Source: Deinococcus radiodurans R1 = ATCC 13939 = DSM 20539
GTDB taxonomy: Bacteria > Deinococcota > Deinococci > Deinococcales > Deinococcaceae
Direction of reading: 5' to 3'
Length of the DNA stretch: 32,000 nucleotides
NCBI RefSeq assembly: GCF_000008565.1
Contig: NC_001263.1
Location: 1,529,110-1,561,109 of the forward strand
Below the pieces are notes generated by a model. It made no database searches. It had not been told where the DNA came from and was given only the letters and a program-made list of their open reading frames with translations. Positions 8,929-21,775 of the stretch are shown here, in pieces (the stretch's first letter is position 1; every line of letters starts with the position of its first letter). The position numbers and the translations under genes were made by a program.

Positions 8929-9994
8929 TAGATAACGTGTAAAGTCGGTAGCGAAGTGGGTAGACTCCAGGCATGCCTCAAGTGTGGCAACCTAATCGGC
9001 TTACCCGGCAACAACTCGAAGAACGTCGTCTCGCGGCGCAGCCCCTCCTGAATAATCCCGAGTGGACGACCGCTTCCATTGCTGAGCATTTTGGCGTCAA
9101 ACCCAGTACTGTGCGCGTTTGGCGAGTTCGCCTCAGCGAAAGAGGTCGCTTGAAGCGACCCTCTCTTCCGGACGCCCAGCTTGGCTCAATGATGCCCAGG
9201 TCGCAGAAATTATTGAGCTTCTCCAACAGGGTCCAGACCCAGAACGTTTTCCCGATGGTCGCTGGACGACAGAGCGCGTCCGTGACGTGATCGGTCTCAA
9301 ATTCGATGTGTGGTACGACCATGACTGGATCGGCAAGTTACTTCGTCGCTGGGGCTTCTCCTGGCAGAAAGCAGAGAAACACGCGATCGAGCAGAATCCG
9401 GAGAAGATCGATGCCTGGCTGGAAGAAGAACTTCCAGCCCTGGAAAAAAAAGGTCGAAGCTGGCGAAACGATCGTCTGGGCAGATGAAGTCGGTTTCAGC
9501 ATGAAACCGATCTTGGGAAGCACCTGGGCTCGAACAGGACAGACCCCAGTGATCTTCGCCAAAACCGAGTGGAGGAAGCTGTCAACGATTGGCGGCATCA
9601 CTTCAGCAGGACAGTTCTTTCAGCAGACCCATGAAGGCTCCATCAAAGCCGATGACGTCGTCGCTTATTTGGCCCACCTCCTGCGGCATATTGCTGGATC
9701 AGTCACCGTGGTATTCGACAACGCCCGAATTCACCGCGCCAAGGTCGTCCAAGAGTTCCTGAAAGTGAACCCGCGGCTCAGCATCGTTTATTTGCCACCG
9801 TATACACCTGAGTTCAATCCCATTGAGCAGGTCTGGGCCTATGTCAAACGACATCTGCTGGCGAATTGCTGTCCAGCGAGTGTGCAGGAACTCAAAGTTT
9901 TCCTTCGTTCTGCTTGGCGGAAGGTGCGTTATCGCCGCTTACCAGCAAAACTCCTCGGCATCACCGAGGAGTTTCTGACTTAACACGTTATCTA
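8929..9994 (+). mobile_element. IS630/Tc1-mariner family insertion sequence, 1066 bp, with TA target duplication
   Basis: The terminal inverted repeats are TAGATAACGTGTAAAGTC (8929-8946) and GACTTAACACGTTATCTA (9977-9994), matching at 17/18 positions. TA dinucleotides flank the element at 8927-8928 and 9995-9996. The interior encodes a DDE transposase. G+C is visibly lower than in the flanks. Confidence 0.9.
8973..9983 (+). pseudogene. IS630-family DDE transposase, split over three ORF segments (two frame changes)
   Basis: The HTH N-terminus (8973 to about 9146) and the catalytic part (about 9450-9983) are in the same frame. The catalytic part carries WADEVGF, VVFDNARIH and FNPIE, with 35 residues between the second D and the E by my count. 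The middle part (about 9146-9451; GRPAWLNDAQ...GFSWQKAEK...) is in another frame. The junctions lie at a GGTCGC/GCGACC hairpin (9144-9160) and an A8 run (9444-9451). Confidence 0.8.
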
Positions 9995-10059
9995 TAAGGA
10001 GATGGACGGGCATCCGGCGCCTTTTCGGATGTTCGGGAATCGGATTAAAACCGTATGAG

Positions 10060-10145
10060 GCTTCGGGCGGGGGTTGGGGCCGAGGCTTTGGCCTGAGCGG
10101 TTTGCCCCACCCCCAACCCCCTACCCCAAAGGGGCAGGGGGCTTT
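10060..10145. repeat. G/C-tract palindromic intergenic repeat
   Basis: GGGGGTTGGGG (10069-10079) pairs perfectly with CCCCAACCCCC (10111-10121). The overlapping CCCCCTACCCC (10117-10127) pairs with GGGGCAGGGGG (10131-10141) with one mismatch. Confidence 0.45.
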
Positions 10146-10417
10146 GACGCTCCGCTGAGGAGGCTGGCGGCGATGACGCCCGGCAGGCGATGTTTCTCAA
10201 GTGCGCGGGCAGTCTGGATTCTTGTGATTTCCGCGGACGCGAGGCCCGTGCGCTGACGCGCCCGACGGCCCTGGCGTTCTGCGTTTCTCTGTTTTGTGTG
10301 GGGACAGCGTGGAAAGAGGGTAGAGCTGGGGCGTTTTGCTGACTGTTCGTGCGGGGGATGGGCGGAAGGTCGGGGAGGAGTGTGTTCAGGCCCGGCGGTC
10401 CGCCCCTCCCCTTTCCC

Positions 10418-12013
<1,596 letters not shown>

Positions 12014-12128
12014 GGGCCGCAGCATATCGTCCACCGCAGCGAACGCGAGGTCAGCAAAGGCGGCGCAGGACACGAAAAAGCCGAGGCGCGTGGCCCCGGC
12101 TCCTCCTCAGCTGGTCAACCTTGCCTGT

Positions 12129-13064
12129 CTACTTGCTTTGCGCCACCCGCTCGAGGTCCCCGACCAGAATCGGCTTGCTCTGTGCGCCCACGGCAGTGGC
12201 GGCCAGTGCCCCAGCCGCGTTGGCGACCCGCGCCGCCTGCGTGAGCGGCAGGCCACTGAGGACCGCGTGGGCAAAGGCGGCAGTAAAAGTGTCGCCCGCG
12301 CCGGTGGTGTCCACCACGGTGCCTTCGGGCAGCACGGCGTCCACCAGTTCGGTGTCTTCGGGGGTCCAGACCACGCTGCCCATCTTGCCCACCTTGACGG
12401 CCACGCGCTCCACGCCCGCTTCGGCGAGGCGCGCCAGGCCCGCACTGAGGCTGCGGGTGCCGGTCAGGGCGAGCAGCTCGTGCTGGTTGAGGGTGAGGTA
12501 GTCGGCGCCGCGCACCTCAGCCACCAGACCAGTGCCGACCTTTTCCACCGCGCCGGTGCCGAGGTCGATAAAGACAGGCACGGGCTTTTTCGCCCCGCGG
12601 GCAATCTCAATCGCCTTTTGCGCGTACTCGCGCTGCGGCCCCTCGGTCAGGCTGTAGGCGCTGATGATGAGGGCGTCGGCGCTTTCCACGTCTTTTTTCT
12701 TCAGCTTGGCGGGGTCGAGCTGCCGGTTGGCGGCCCCGTCGCTGATCATGGCGCGCTGCCCGCCCGAGGTCTGCATGACCGTGATGGTGCTCGTGAGGTG
12801 CTCGGGGTCTTTCTGAATGGCGCTCAGGCTCACGCCGCTCGCCTTGATTTCGGCCAGCGCGAACTCGGCAAAGGGGTCGTCGCCCACGCGGGCCGCCAGG
12901 GTAACAGTGTGCCCGAGGCGCGCCAGCGTCACGCTGATGGTGCCGCCCGAGCCGCCCGGCTGCATGGTGGAGCGTTTGGGGGTGACTTCCTTGCCAGGGG
13001 CAGGCAGGCGGTCGAGGTGGTACAGATGGTCAACAGTCACGTCGCCGATGACGTAAAACTTCAC
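12129..13064 (-). CDS. pfkB-family carbohydrate kinase (ribokinase-like)
   Basis: It has the N-terminal motif GGSGGT and the C-terminal motif DTTGAGDTFTAAF. GTG 13064 lies 8 nt after GGAGG. Confidence 0.88.
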   Translation of the reverse strand: MKFYVIGDVTVDHLYHLDRLPAPGKEVTPKRSTMQPGGSGGTISVTLARLGHTVTLAARVGDDPFAEFALAEIKASGVSLSAIQKDPEHLTSTITVMQTSGGQRAMISDGAANRQLDPAKLKKKDVESADALIISAYSLTEGPQREYAQKAIEIARGAKKPVPVFIDLGTGAVEKVGTGLVAEVRGADYLTLNQHELLALTGTRSLSAGLARLAEAGVERVAVKVGKMGSVVWTPEDTELVDAVLPEGTVVDTTGAGDTFTAAFAHAVLSGLPLTQAARVANAAGALAATAVGAQSKPILVGDLERVAQSK

Positions 13065-13224
13065 AGCAAAAACCTCCGGTGCATTTCAAACCCGCACGCG
13101 GCGGGAGAGTCTTCTTTTGAGGGCCGACCTGACCGGCAAGCTCTGAGGGCAAAGAAAAACGGAACCCCGCTCAGGCGGACGGCGCCCGCAAAAGCTCTGG
13201 TTGGCCGTTGAGAATCAGACGCTT

Positions 13225-14103
13225 TTACCGTACCACGCCCAACGCGGCGGCAACGGCCCGCAGTCCACTCAGCGGCACGTCCTCGGCCCGGACATCGGGG
13301 CGCAGGCCGAGGTCAGAGAGCGCCGCGTCAATCGCCTCGCCGCTGTGGCCCATCATCCGCAGGTTATTGCGCAGGGTCTTGCGGCGGTATCTCAGCGCGT
13401 TGTCCACGAACGACACGAACGCCGGGTCGGGCTGCGGGCGCGTGCGGTCAAAGTCGAGCCGCACCACACTGCTCGTCACGTCGGGCGCGGGGAAAAAGGC
13501 GCCCTTGGGCACGTCGCGTACATGCTTGACGCTGCCGTAGAGAGCCGCCACCGCGCTCAGAAAGCCGTAGTTGTCCTGCCCCGGTTGCGCGACCAACCGC
13601 TGCGCGACTTCCTTTTGCACCAGCACGGTGGCCGACACCACGCCGGGCGCCTGCATAAAGCGCGTGAGCAGCAGCCCGGTAATGTAGTAAGGCAGGTTGG
13701 CGATGACGCGGGTGCCCGCAGGCAGCGCCGCGTAGTCGAAATCCAGCGCGTCGCCCCAGATGACGTTTACGTCGAGTCCCGCCAATGTCTCGGCCAGCAC
13801 GGGCCGCAGCCGCTCGTCTTTTTCCAGCGCCGTGACCCGCGCCCCCCGGCTCGCCACCTCACGGGTCAGCACGCCGAGACCGGGGCCGATTTCCAGTACA
13901 TTTTCCCCCGGCGCGGCGCCGCCCGCCTCGGCAATGGCGCGCAGGATGTTGCCGTCAATCAGAAAATTCTGCCCTAGGCTCTTGGTGGGCTTGAGGCCAT
14001 GCGCGGCGAGCAGGGCGCGCACGCGGGCCGGGGAATAGAGGGGCGCGGAGTCGGGGGCAGCGGCAGGGTCAGGCAGGTCGTTGGTCATAGGGTTGGGGGT
14101 CAT
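13225..14103 (-). CDS. rsmA: 16S rRNA (adenine1518/1519-N6)-dimethyltransferase
   Basis: The protein carries SLGQNFLID, EIGPGLGVLT and VIANLPYYIT. The start is ATG 14103 or 14088. The track ORF to 14403 is an over-extension that overlaps the divergent gene. Confidence 0.9.
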   Translation of the reverse strand: MTPNPMTNDLPDPAAAPDSAPLYSPARVRALLAAHGLKPTKSLGQNFLIDGNILRAIAEAGGAAPGENVLEIGPGLGVLTREVASRGARVTALEKDERLRPVLAETLAGLDVNVIWGDALDFDYAALPAGTRVIANLPYYITGLLLTRFMQAPGVVSATVLVQKEVAQRLVAQPGQDNYGFLSAVAALYGSVKHVRDVPKGAFFPAPDVTSSVVRLDFDRTRPQPDPAFVSFVDNALRYRRKTLRNNLRMMGHSGEAIDAALSDLGLRPDVRAEDVPLSGLRAVAAALGVVR

Positions 14104-14196
14104 AGCGTCGGGTCCACAGGGTAACGGGTCCAGCAGCGCGCGGAGCAGCTCACCCACGACAGAGGGAAAAAAGCAGCGGGCGCCGGGGCCACCCTC

Positions 14197-14202
14197 TAAA
14201 AT
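14197..14202 (+). promoter_or_regulatory. -10 box (TAAAAT) for a probably leaderless TPR-nnr transcript
   Basis: TAAAAT lies 7 nt upstream of ATG 14210, with no SD. Confidence 0.45.
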
Positions 14203-14209
14203 ACACGGC

Positions 14210-15060
14210 ATGACCGATTCTGCCCGTCCGGGCACCGAAGTGGCCCTGCCCGGCGAGTCCGGCGTGCCTGACTGGAAGACCTTCGCCCGTAGCGGCGAGT
14301 GGCGCCGGGCGCAGGCCGCCGCCAGCCTCACCGGGGCCGACCCCGACATCGTCGCCGCCCTGAGCAGCCTCAGCGCCCTGCAAGCTGACGTGCGGGCACG
14401 CAAATATCCGGCGGCGCGCCGCAGCCTGAGCGCTTACGAGGACGCCCTGAGCGAACTGAACACCCGCGCCCAGGGAGAGGCGGCGCTGCTGCGCTCTCTG
14501 GCCGCCCCCGAAGTGCTGACGCAGCGCTGGGCGCGCTGGAGGACGGAAGCGGCGAGGCCCACCCCGGCGAGCTTCAGACCAAGCTCGGCCCGGCGCACGA
14601 CCACCCGCTGACCCGCGCCGAGGCGCTCAACGCGTTGGGGGTGCTGCACGCGCTGCGCGAGGAGGAGGGGGCCGCCCGCGCCCGCTTCGAGGAAGCGCTG
14701 ACCCACGACGCCGGGCACTACCGCGCCCGCATGAACATCGGCAACCTGGACCTCGAAGCCGGGCGACTGCCCGAGGCCGAGGCCGCCTACCGCGAGGTGC
14801 TGAAGCTCGCGCCCGAGTACGACGGGGCCCACCACAATCTCGGCGTGGCGCTGCGGCGGCAGGGCAAGCTGTACGAGTCGGTGGGCTCTATTCGCAAGGC
14901 CCAACGCCTCGGCGTGAGCGGTGCCCGGGCCGCCGCCAAGGAAGACATGCAGGAGCAGCTGCGCCTCAACCCCCACCTGCGCTGGATTCGCGCGGCCATT
15001 TTTATCGGCGTCCTGCTGCTGCTCGGGGTGCTGCTGTGGCTCAACCGGGGCCGGGCGTGA
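14210..15060 (+). CDS. TPR-repeat protein with C-terminal transmembrane anchor, reading frame interrupted near 14525-14530
   Basis: The frame from ATG 14210 reads sensibly up to ...LAAPEVLTQR and then decays to a stop at 14609-14611. The adjacent frame reads LGALEDGSGEAHPGELQ...ALNALGVLHALREEEGAARARFEEAL... (TPR) through the anchor IRAAIFIGVLLLLGVLLWL to TGA 15058-15060. One extra nt around 14527 would fuse the two frames. Confidence 0.7.
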
Positions 15061-16514
15061 GCGAGCCGGTCCTCTCCCCCGCTGGTGTGAAAGCGCTGGA
15101 CGCCCGCCTGGAAAAAGCAGGCCTGCTGGAACTGGCGATGGAGGAAGCGGGCCGGGCAGTGGCCGCCGCCGCGCAGGAATGCTGTCCGGCGGGCCGGGTG
15201 CTGCTCCTCGCCGGGGGCGGAGCGAACGGTGGCGACGCACTGGTGGCCGCCCGGCACCTGTTCGCGCTGGGCCGGGATGTGGCGGTGCTGGCCCTGCCTG
15301 CCAAACATCCCCTCACCCGCAGCAACCGCAGGCGGCTGGCCCGGATAGGCGTGGAGGTAGCGCCCCTGACCCCCGCCAGCCTGCGCCGCGAACTCAAAAC
15401 GGCGGCACTGGTGGTGGACGGGCTGCTCGGTACGGGCTTCACCCCGCCGCTGCGAGCGCCGCTGGCCGAACTGGTCGCGCAAGTCAATGCGTCAGGCGTG
15501 CCCACGCTGGCGATTGACCTCCCGACGGGCCTGGACGCCCTGACGAGCGAGGTGAGCGGCGACCCCCTGCGCGCCGCCTGGACGGTGACGCTCTCGGGCC
15601 TGAAACCCGCGCTGCTGTTCGGGCCTGCCGCGTATCTCGCCGGGGAAGTCACGCTGGCCGACCTGCGCTCGCCGCCCGATTGGGCACTGGAAGAAGCCCT
15701 GGCGAGTCGCCCCACCGACGCTGAAATTGCCGCGCTGCTCCCCGTCCGGCACGCCGACGCGCACAAGGGCACGGCGGGCCGGGTGTGGGTGGTCGGCGGG
15801 CACCCCGGCACGGTGGGGGCAGCGGCCCTCGCCGGCGTCGCGGCGCTGCGGGCGGGGTCGGGGCTGGTGACGATACACTCGGCGACGGACGTGCCGCTGG
15901 TCATGCCCGAACTGATGATGCGCTGCCACGCCGACCTGAGCGCGGCACTCATGGAGATGCCCGAGGAGCAGCGGCCTGACGCCCTATGCGTGGGCATGGG
16001 CCTGGGGCCGGACGCGGCCAGCATCGCGCGGCAGCTCCTCGGCTGGCGGCTCCCCACTGTGCTGGACGCCGACGCTCTGCAACCGGAACTGGCGGGCGCG
16101 GGCCACGACGCCTGCATCTGGACGCCGCACCCCGGCGAGGCGGCGCGGCTGCTCGGCACGTCCACCCCGGACATTGCCCGCGACCCCATCGCGGCGGCGC
16201 GGGCCTTGCAGGAGAAGTTCGGCGGCGTGGTCGTCGTCAAGGGCGGCCCGAGCGTCATTGCCCACACGGGCGGCGTCTGGGTCAGCCGGGGCGGGCATCC
16301 CGGCATGGCGAGCGCGGGCATGGGCGACACGCTTTCAGGGCTGCTCGCTTCACTGCTCGGGCAGGGCTTGAGTGCGCCGGACGCCGCGCTCGCCGGAGTC
16401 ACGCTGCACGCCCGCGCCGGAGAACTCGCTGGGGCGAAGCATGGGTATGGGTTGACGGCAACGGACGTGAGCGCAGAACTGGGGAGGGCATGGCTGGGGC
16501 TGGTGGGCGGCTGA
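15057..16514 (+). CDS. nnr: bifunctional NAD(P)H-hydrate repair enzyme (epimerase / ADP-dependent dehydratase)
   Basis: The N-terminal YjeF_N part has LLLAGGGANGGDALVAARHL. The C-terminal kinase-fold part has HKGTAGRVWVVGG and GMASAGMGDTLSG. GTG 15057 overlaps the upstream TGA (GTGA). GTG 15036 is an alternative start. Confidence 0.9.
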   Translation: MSEPVLSPAGVKALDARLEKAGLLELAMEEAGRAVAAAAQECCPAGRVLLLAGGGANGGDALVAARHLFALGRDVAVLALPAKHPLTRSNRRRLARIGVEVAPLTPASLRRELKTAALVVDGLLGTGFTPPLRAPLAELVAQVNASGVPTLAIDLPTGLDALTSEVSGDPLRAAWTVTLSGLKPALLFGPAAYLAGEVTLADLRSPPDWALEEALASRPTDAEIAALLPVRHADAHKGTAGRVWVVGGHPGTVGAAALAGVAALRAGSGLVTIHSATDVPLVMPELMMRCHADLSAALMEMPEEQRPDALCVGMGLGPDAASIARQLLGWRLPTVLDADALQPELAGAGHDACIWTPHPGEAARLLGTSTPDIARDPIAAARALQEKFGGVVVVKGGPSVIAHTGGVWVSRGGHPGMASAGMGDTLSGLLASLLGQGLSAPDAALAGVTLHARAGELAGAKHGYGLTATDVSAELGRAWLGLVGG

Positions 16515-16609
16515 AATGGCGCCTCGCCCTGGCACAGGCGGGCAAGGGCCACACACACCGCCGTGATGTCTGTCGCTGACAGCGTCCGTCTGATTCAGCA
16601 GGCGAGCGT

Positions 16610-17035
16610 TTATCCCTCAGCAGGATTGATAACCCGTAACTCGGGAAAATTCAGGCGATAGTGCTGCGGGTCAAGGGTAACGAGTGCGTCCGCCCGCAGC
16701 AAAGCATGAGCACCAATCATGAAGTCCGCCAGAATCCGGCGCGGCTGTCCACCTCCACTTTGCCGCCGCCTGACCGAATAGCCCCGAAAAGCCCGTGCAG
16801 CACAGAGCCAAAGGTCTTCATCCATCTGCCAGTCTGCCCGTACACCGGTATCACGCAGAAAGGCAAACGCGCTGGCCTCGGCAATGTTCGGGGAAGCCAG
16901 AAATTCACTGAATGCCGCGCCACTGACCACCAGGGTACCCGGTGGCTGAGCTTCCAGTACGCCCAGCACCGCCTCTGCCGTCTCCTCTGCCCGGAAAATG
17001 GCCGATAGGATATTGGTATCCAGCGCCAGCGTCAT
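16610..17035 (-). CDS. vapC: PIN-domain ribonuclease toxin (type II TA)
   Basis: The protein has MTLALDTNIL (first acidic residue), ILADFMIGAHAL and VTLDPQHY. It is 141 aa and overlaps the upstream antitoxin gene by 4 nt. Confidence 0.85.
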   Translation of the reverse strand: MTLALDTNILSAIFRAEETAEAVLGVLEAQPPGTLVVSGAAFSEFLASPNIAEASAFAFLRDTGVRADWQMDEDLWLCAARAFRGYSVRRRQSGGGQPRRILADFMIGAHALLRADALVTLDPQHYRLNFPELRVINPAEG

Positions 17036-17277
17036 TCCTCATAACCCAGTTGCTGGCGGTGATATTCCACGCTGCCGCCTTCTAGCGGCGGAGCGATGCC
17101 CACATACCTGCGGAAAGGACTTTGCGCTGGCTGCGCCGCTTCCTGCGCGGCGACTTCCCAGCGGGCGACATGGACGGCGCTTCCAGACAGCCCCAGTTTA
17201 GCCAGTTGCGCGGGCGTGAGTTGAAAGACCGGCTGTCCCTGCTCGTCCAGTTCCACGTTGACCAGAAGGCGCGTCAT
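17032..17277 (-). CDS. vapB: AbrB/SpoVT-like antitoxin (type II TA)
   Basis: It is an 81-aa ORF whose stop overlaps the vapC ATG (ATGA at 17032-17035). The N-terminal swapped-hairpin-like segment is VFQLTPAQLAKLGLSGSAVHVARWE. It has no SD. TGCGATACT ends 6 nt before the ATG. Confidence 0.75.
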   Translation of the reverse strand: MTRLLVNVELDEQGQPVFQLTPAQLAKLGLSGSAVHVARWEVAAQEAAQPAQSPFRRYVGIAPPLEGGSVEYHRQQLGYEE

Positions 17278-17411
17278 AGCAGAAGTATCGCATGAGGGAC
17301 GTTGAGCCCTACCCCCAAAATTCTGAGCAAAGTAGGGATGTCACCTGCTGACCCATAGGCGTTTTGCAAATCGTTCCAACGAGCTTCGTCAAGTGTCAAT
17401 CGGGCCATAAC

Positions 17412-20576
<3,165 letters not shown>

Positions 20577-20582
20577 CTGAGG

Positions 20583-20588
20583 ATTTTA
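20583..20588 (-). promoter_or_regulatory. -10 box (TAAAAT) for a probably leaderless mfd transcript
   Basis: On the minus strand, TAAAAT is followed by CCTCAG and then the mfd GTG. There is no SD. Confidence 0.4.
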
Positions 20589-20848
20589 CGCCTGTGGGAG
20601 AATTGGGGCAGGGCAAGTCACACCTTGTCCTGAACTTGGGCGCACATGACCAAGCCAGAATCCCATATCAGGGCCGCAGTGGAAGACACGGGAGCTGACT
20701 GACGCAATAGAAGTTGGTGTGTTAGAGCATTTGACAAAAAGATGGCACAGCTTTTTGGCGAGCGAAGCGAGTACAAAACAAGGAGCAGAGCGAAAAATGG
20801 AGCGGGTGGCGGTGCTATTCCGACGCACGCGTAATTCGGAGAACTGCT

Positions 20849-21748
20849 CTAGGTCAAAGGGACTGAACAACCCCATTCAAGCCCAGCTTGCAGCGCGTAA
20901 TGGCGGCGGTGATAGGCAAGGTGCTCCCGGTCAACGGCGTGCTGTGGGTGAACATGCAGCCTGCCCGGCAAGCCCAACAGCCGCAAATCGTCCCCGACTG
21001 AGAAGGCACCGAAATCGAACAGCACATGATGATTCGGGCATAAGCACAGGATGTTTCCCGCCACGTCCGGTCCGTGATGCGGCGCACCCAGCGGGCGAAT
21101 GTGCGCGGCCTCGGCGTAGGCGCCTGCTGGAGTTTCCAGCCGCTCACCGCACACCTGACAGCGGTGGTCGTACAGCGCTTTGACGGCGCGGGCGGTGGCC
21201 GTATCACGCACGATTCTTTGCACCAGCGTGGGCCGCCGCTCAGGGTGCTGTGAGTCGGGGTGCTGCGGGTCAGCCCCGGCGTGGTGGGCGTCCTGGTTCT
21301 CCAGCCGCGTCAGCCGAAAGCGCCAGATCAGGAACCCTGACCGCCCCACCTCGCGCCAGTGGTCGTCTACCCGGTACAGCCCGGCGTACTGGTAGCCGGA
21401 TTGGGGCGAAAATTGGGAGGAGTGGCGGTGCCCGCGTGTCACCCGCAGCGGCAACCCATCGCGGTGGCTGATCGCCAGGGCCAGATTGCCGCGCACCAGT
21501 TGCTGCGGCTTCACCTGGTGGCCCGTCAGGGGGTCCCGGCCACCTTCGCCGGTGTAGAGAATCACGTCGCCTTCATCGCGGTCGTCCTCGTAGCCTCCCG
21601 ACAGCACGATGGAATCGGCGCCCTCGGAAGCCGAGCCGCTGATGCCCGCCTGCGTCGGCAAGTGCACGCCCGCGTCGCGCAGTTCCTGCCGGTTAACGAA
21701 GGCCATGCCCGGCACAACTCCGGGGACGGCACCAAAATGACGGGGCAT
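20849..21748 (-). CDS. SRA(YDG)-HNH fusion nuclease, predicted modification-dependent (type IV) restriction enzyme
   Basis: The N-terminal half carries YDG/SRA hallmarks: FGAVPGVVPGMAF, HLPTQAGISGS, SIVLSGGYEDDRDEGDVILYTGEGG and YAGLYRV. The C-terminal part has an HNH zinc-finger nuclease motif, CQVCG...AAHIRP...NILCLCPNHHVLFD. Confidence 0.88.
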   Translation of the reverse strand: MPRHFGAVPGVVPGMAFVNRQELRDAGVHLPTQAGISGSASEGADSIVLSGGYEDDRDEGDVILYTGEGGRDPLTGHQVKPQQLVRGNLALAISHRDGLPLRVTRGHRHSSQFSPQSGYQYAGLYRVDDHWREVGRSGFLIWRFRLTRLENQDAHHAGADPQHPDSQHPERRPTLVQRIVRDTATARAVKALYDHRCQVCGERLETPAGAYAEAAHIRPLGAPHHGPDVAGNILCLCPNHHVLFDFGAFSVGDDLRLLGLPGRLHVHPQHAVDREHLAYHRRHYALQAGLEWGCSVPLT

Positions 21749-21775
21749 GGGGCATTGTGGCAGGCTTCGGCCCGC

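Noticed and set aside
8973-9487. Treating 8973..9290 and 9119..9487 as two independent small genes (orfA/orfB style).
   Set aside because: Only the first ~58 codons of the first ORF and the frame of the second ORF resemble IS630 transposase N-terminal regions. Together with 9306..9983 they reconstruct one standard single-ORF transposase.
13225-14403. Long N-terminal extensions of track ORFs: rsmA to 14403, the hydrolase to 23856, the GNAT gene to 22627, osmC from 26334, the protease from 23423 and icd from 27626.
   Set aside because: The extensions overlap neighbouring genes, lack homology to the family N-termini, and an internal ATG or GTG with an SD or a -10 box matches the conserved protein start.
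20577-20620. I looked for the Deinococcus radiation/desiccation-response palindrome (TTAyG...CrTAA type) upstream of mfd and of other genes in the window.
   Set aside because: TTTTACGCCTGTGGGAGAA near 20584 has only one half-site-like TTACG. I saw no 17-bp palindrome here or elsewhere by eye. A proper matrix scan would be needed to exclude weak sites.
20586-21183. Track ORFs 20586..20876 (minus strand, 96 aa) and 20719..21183 (plus strand, 154 aa) in and around the mfd upstream spacer.
   Set aside because: Both run into the SRA-HNH coding region in a wrong frame or strand and lack ribosome-binding or -10 signals. Their products are low-complexity.
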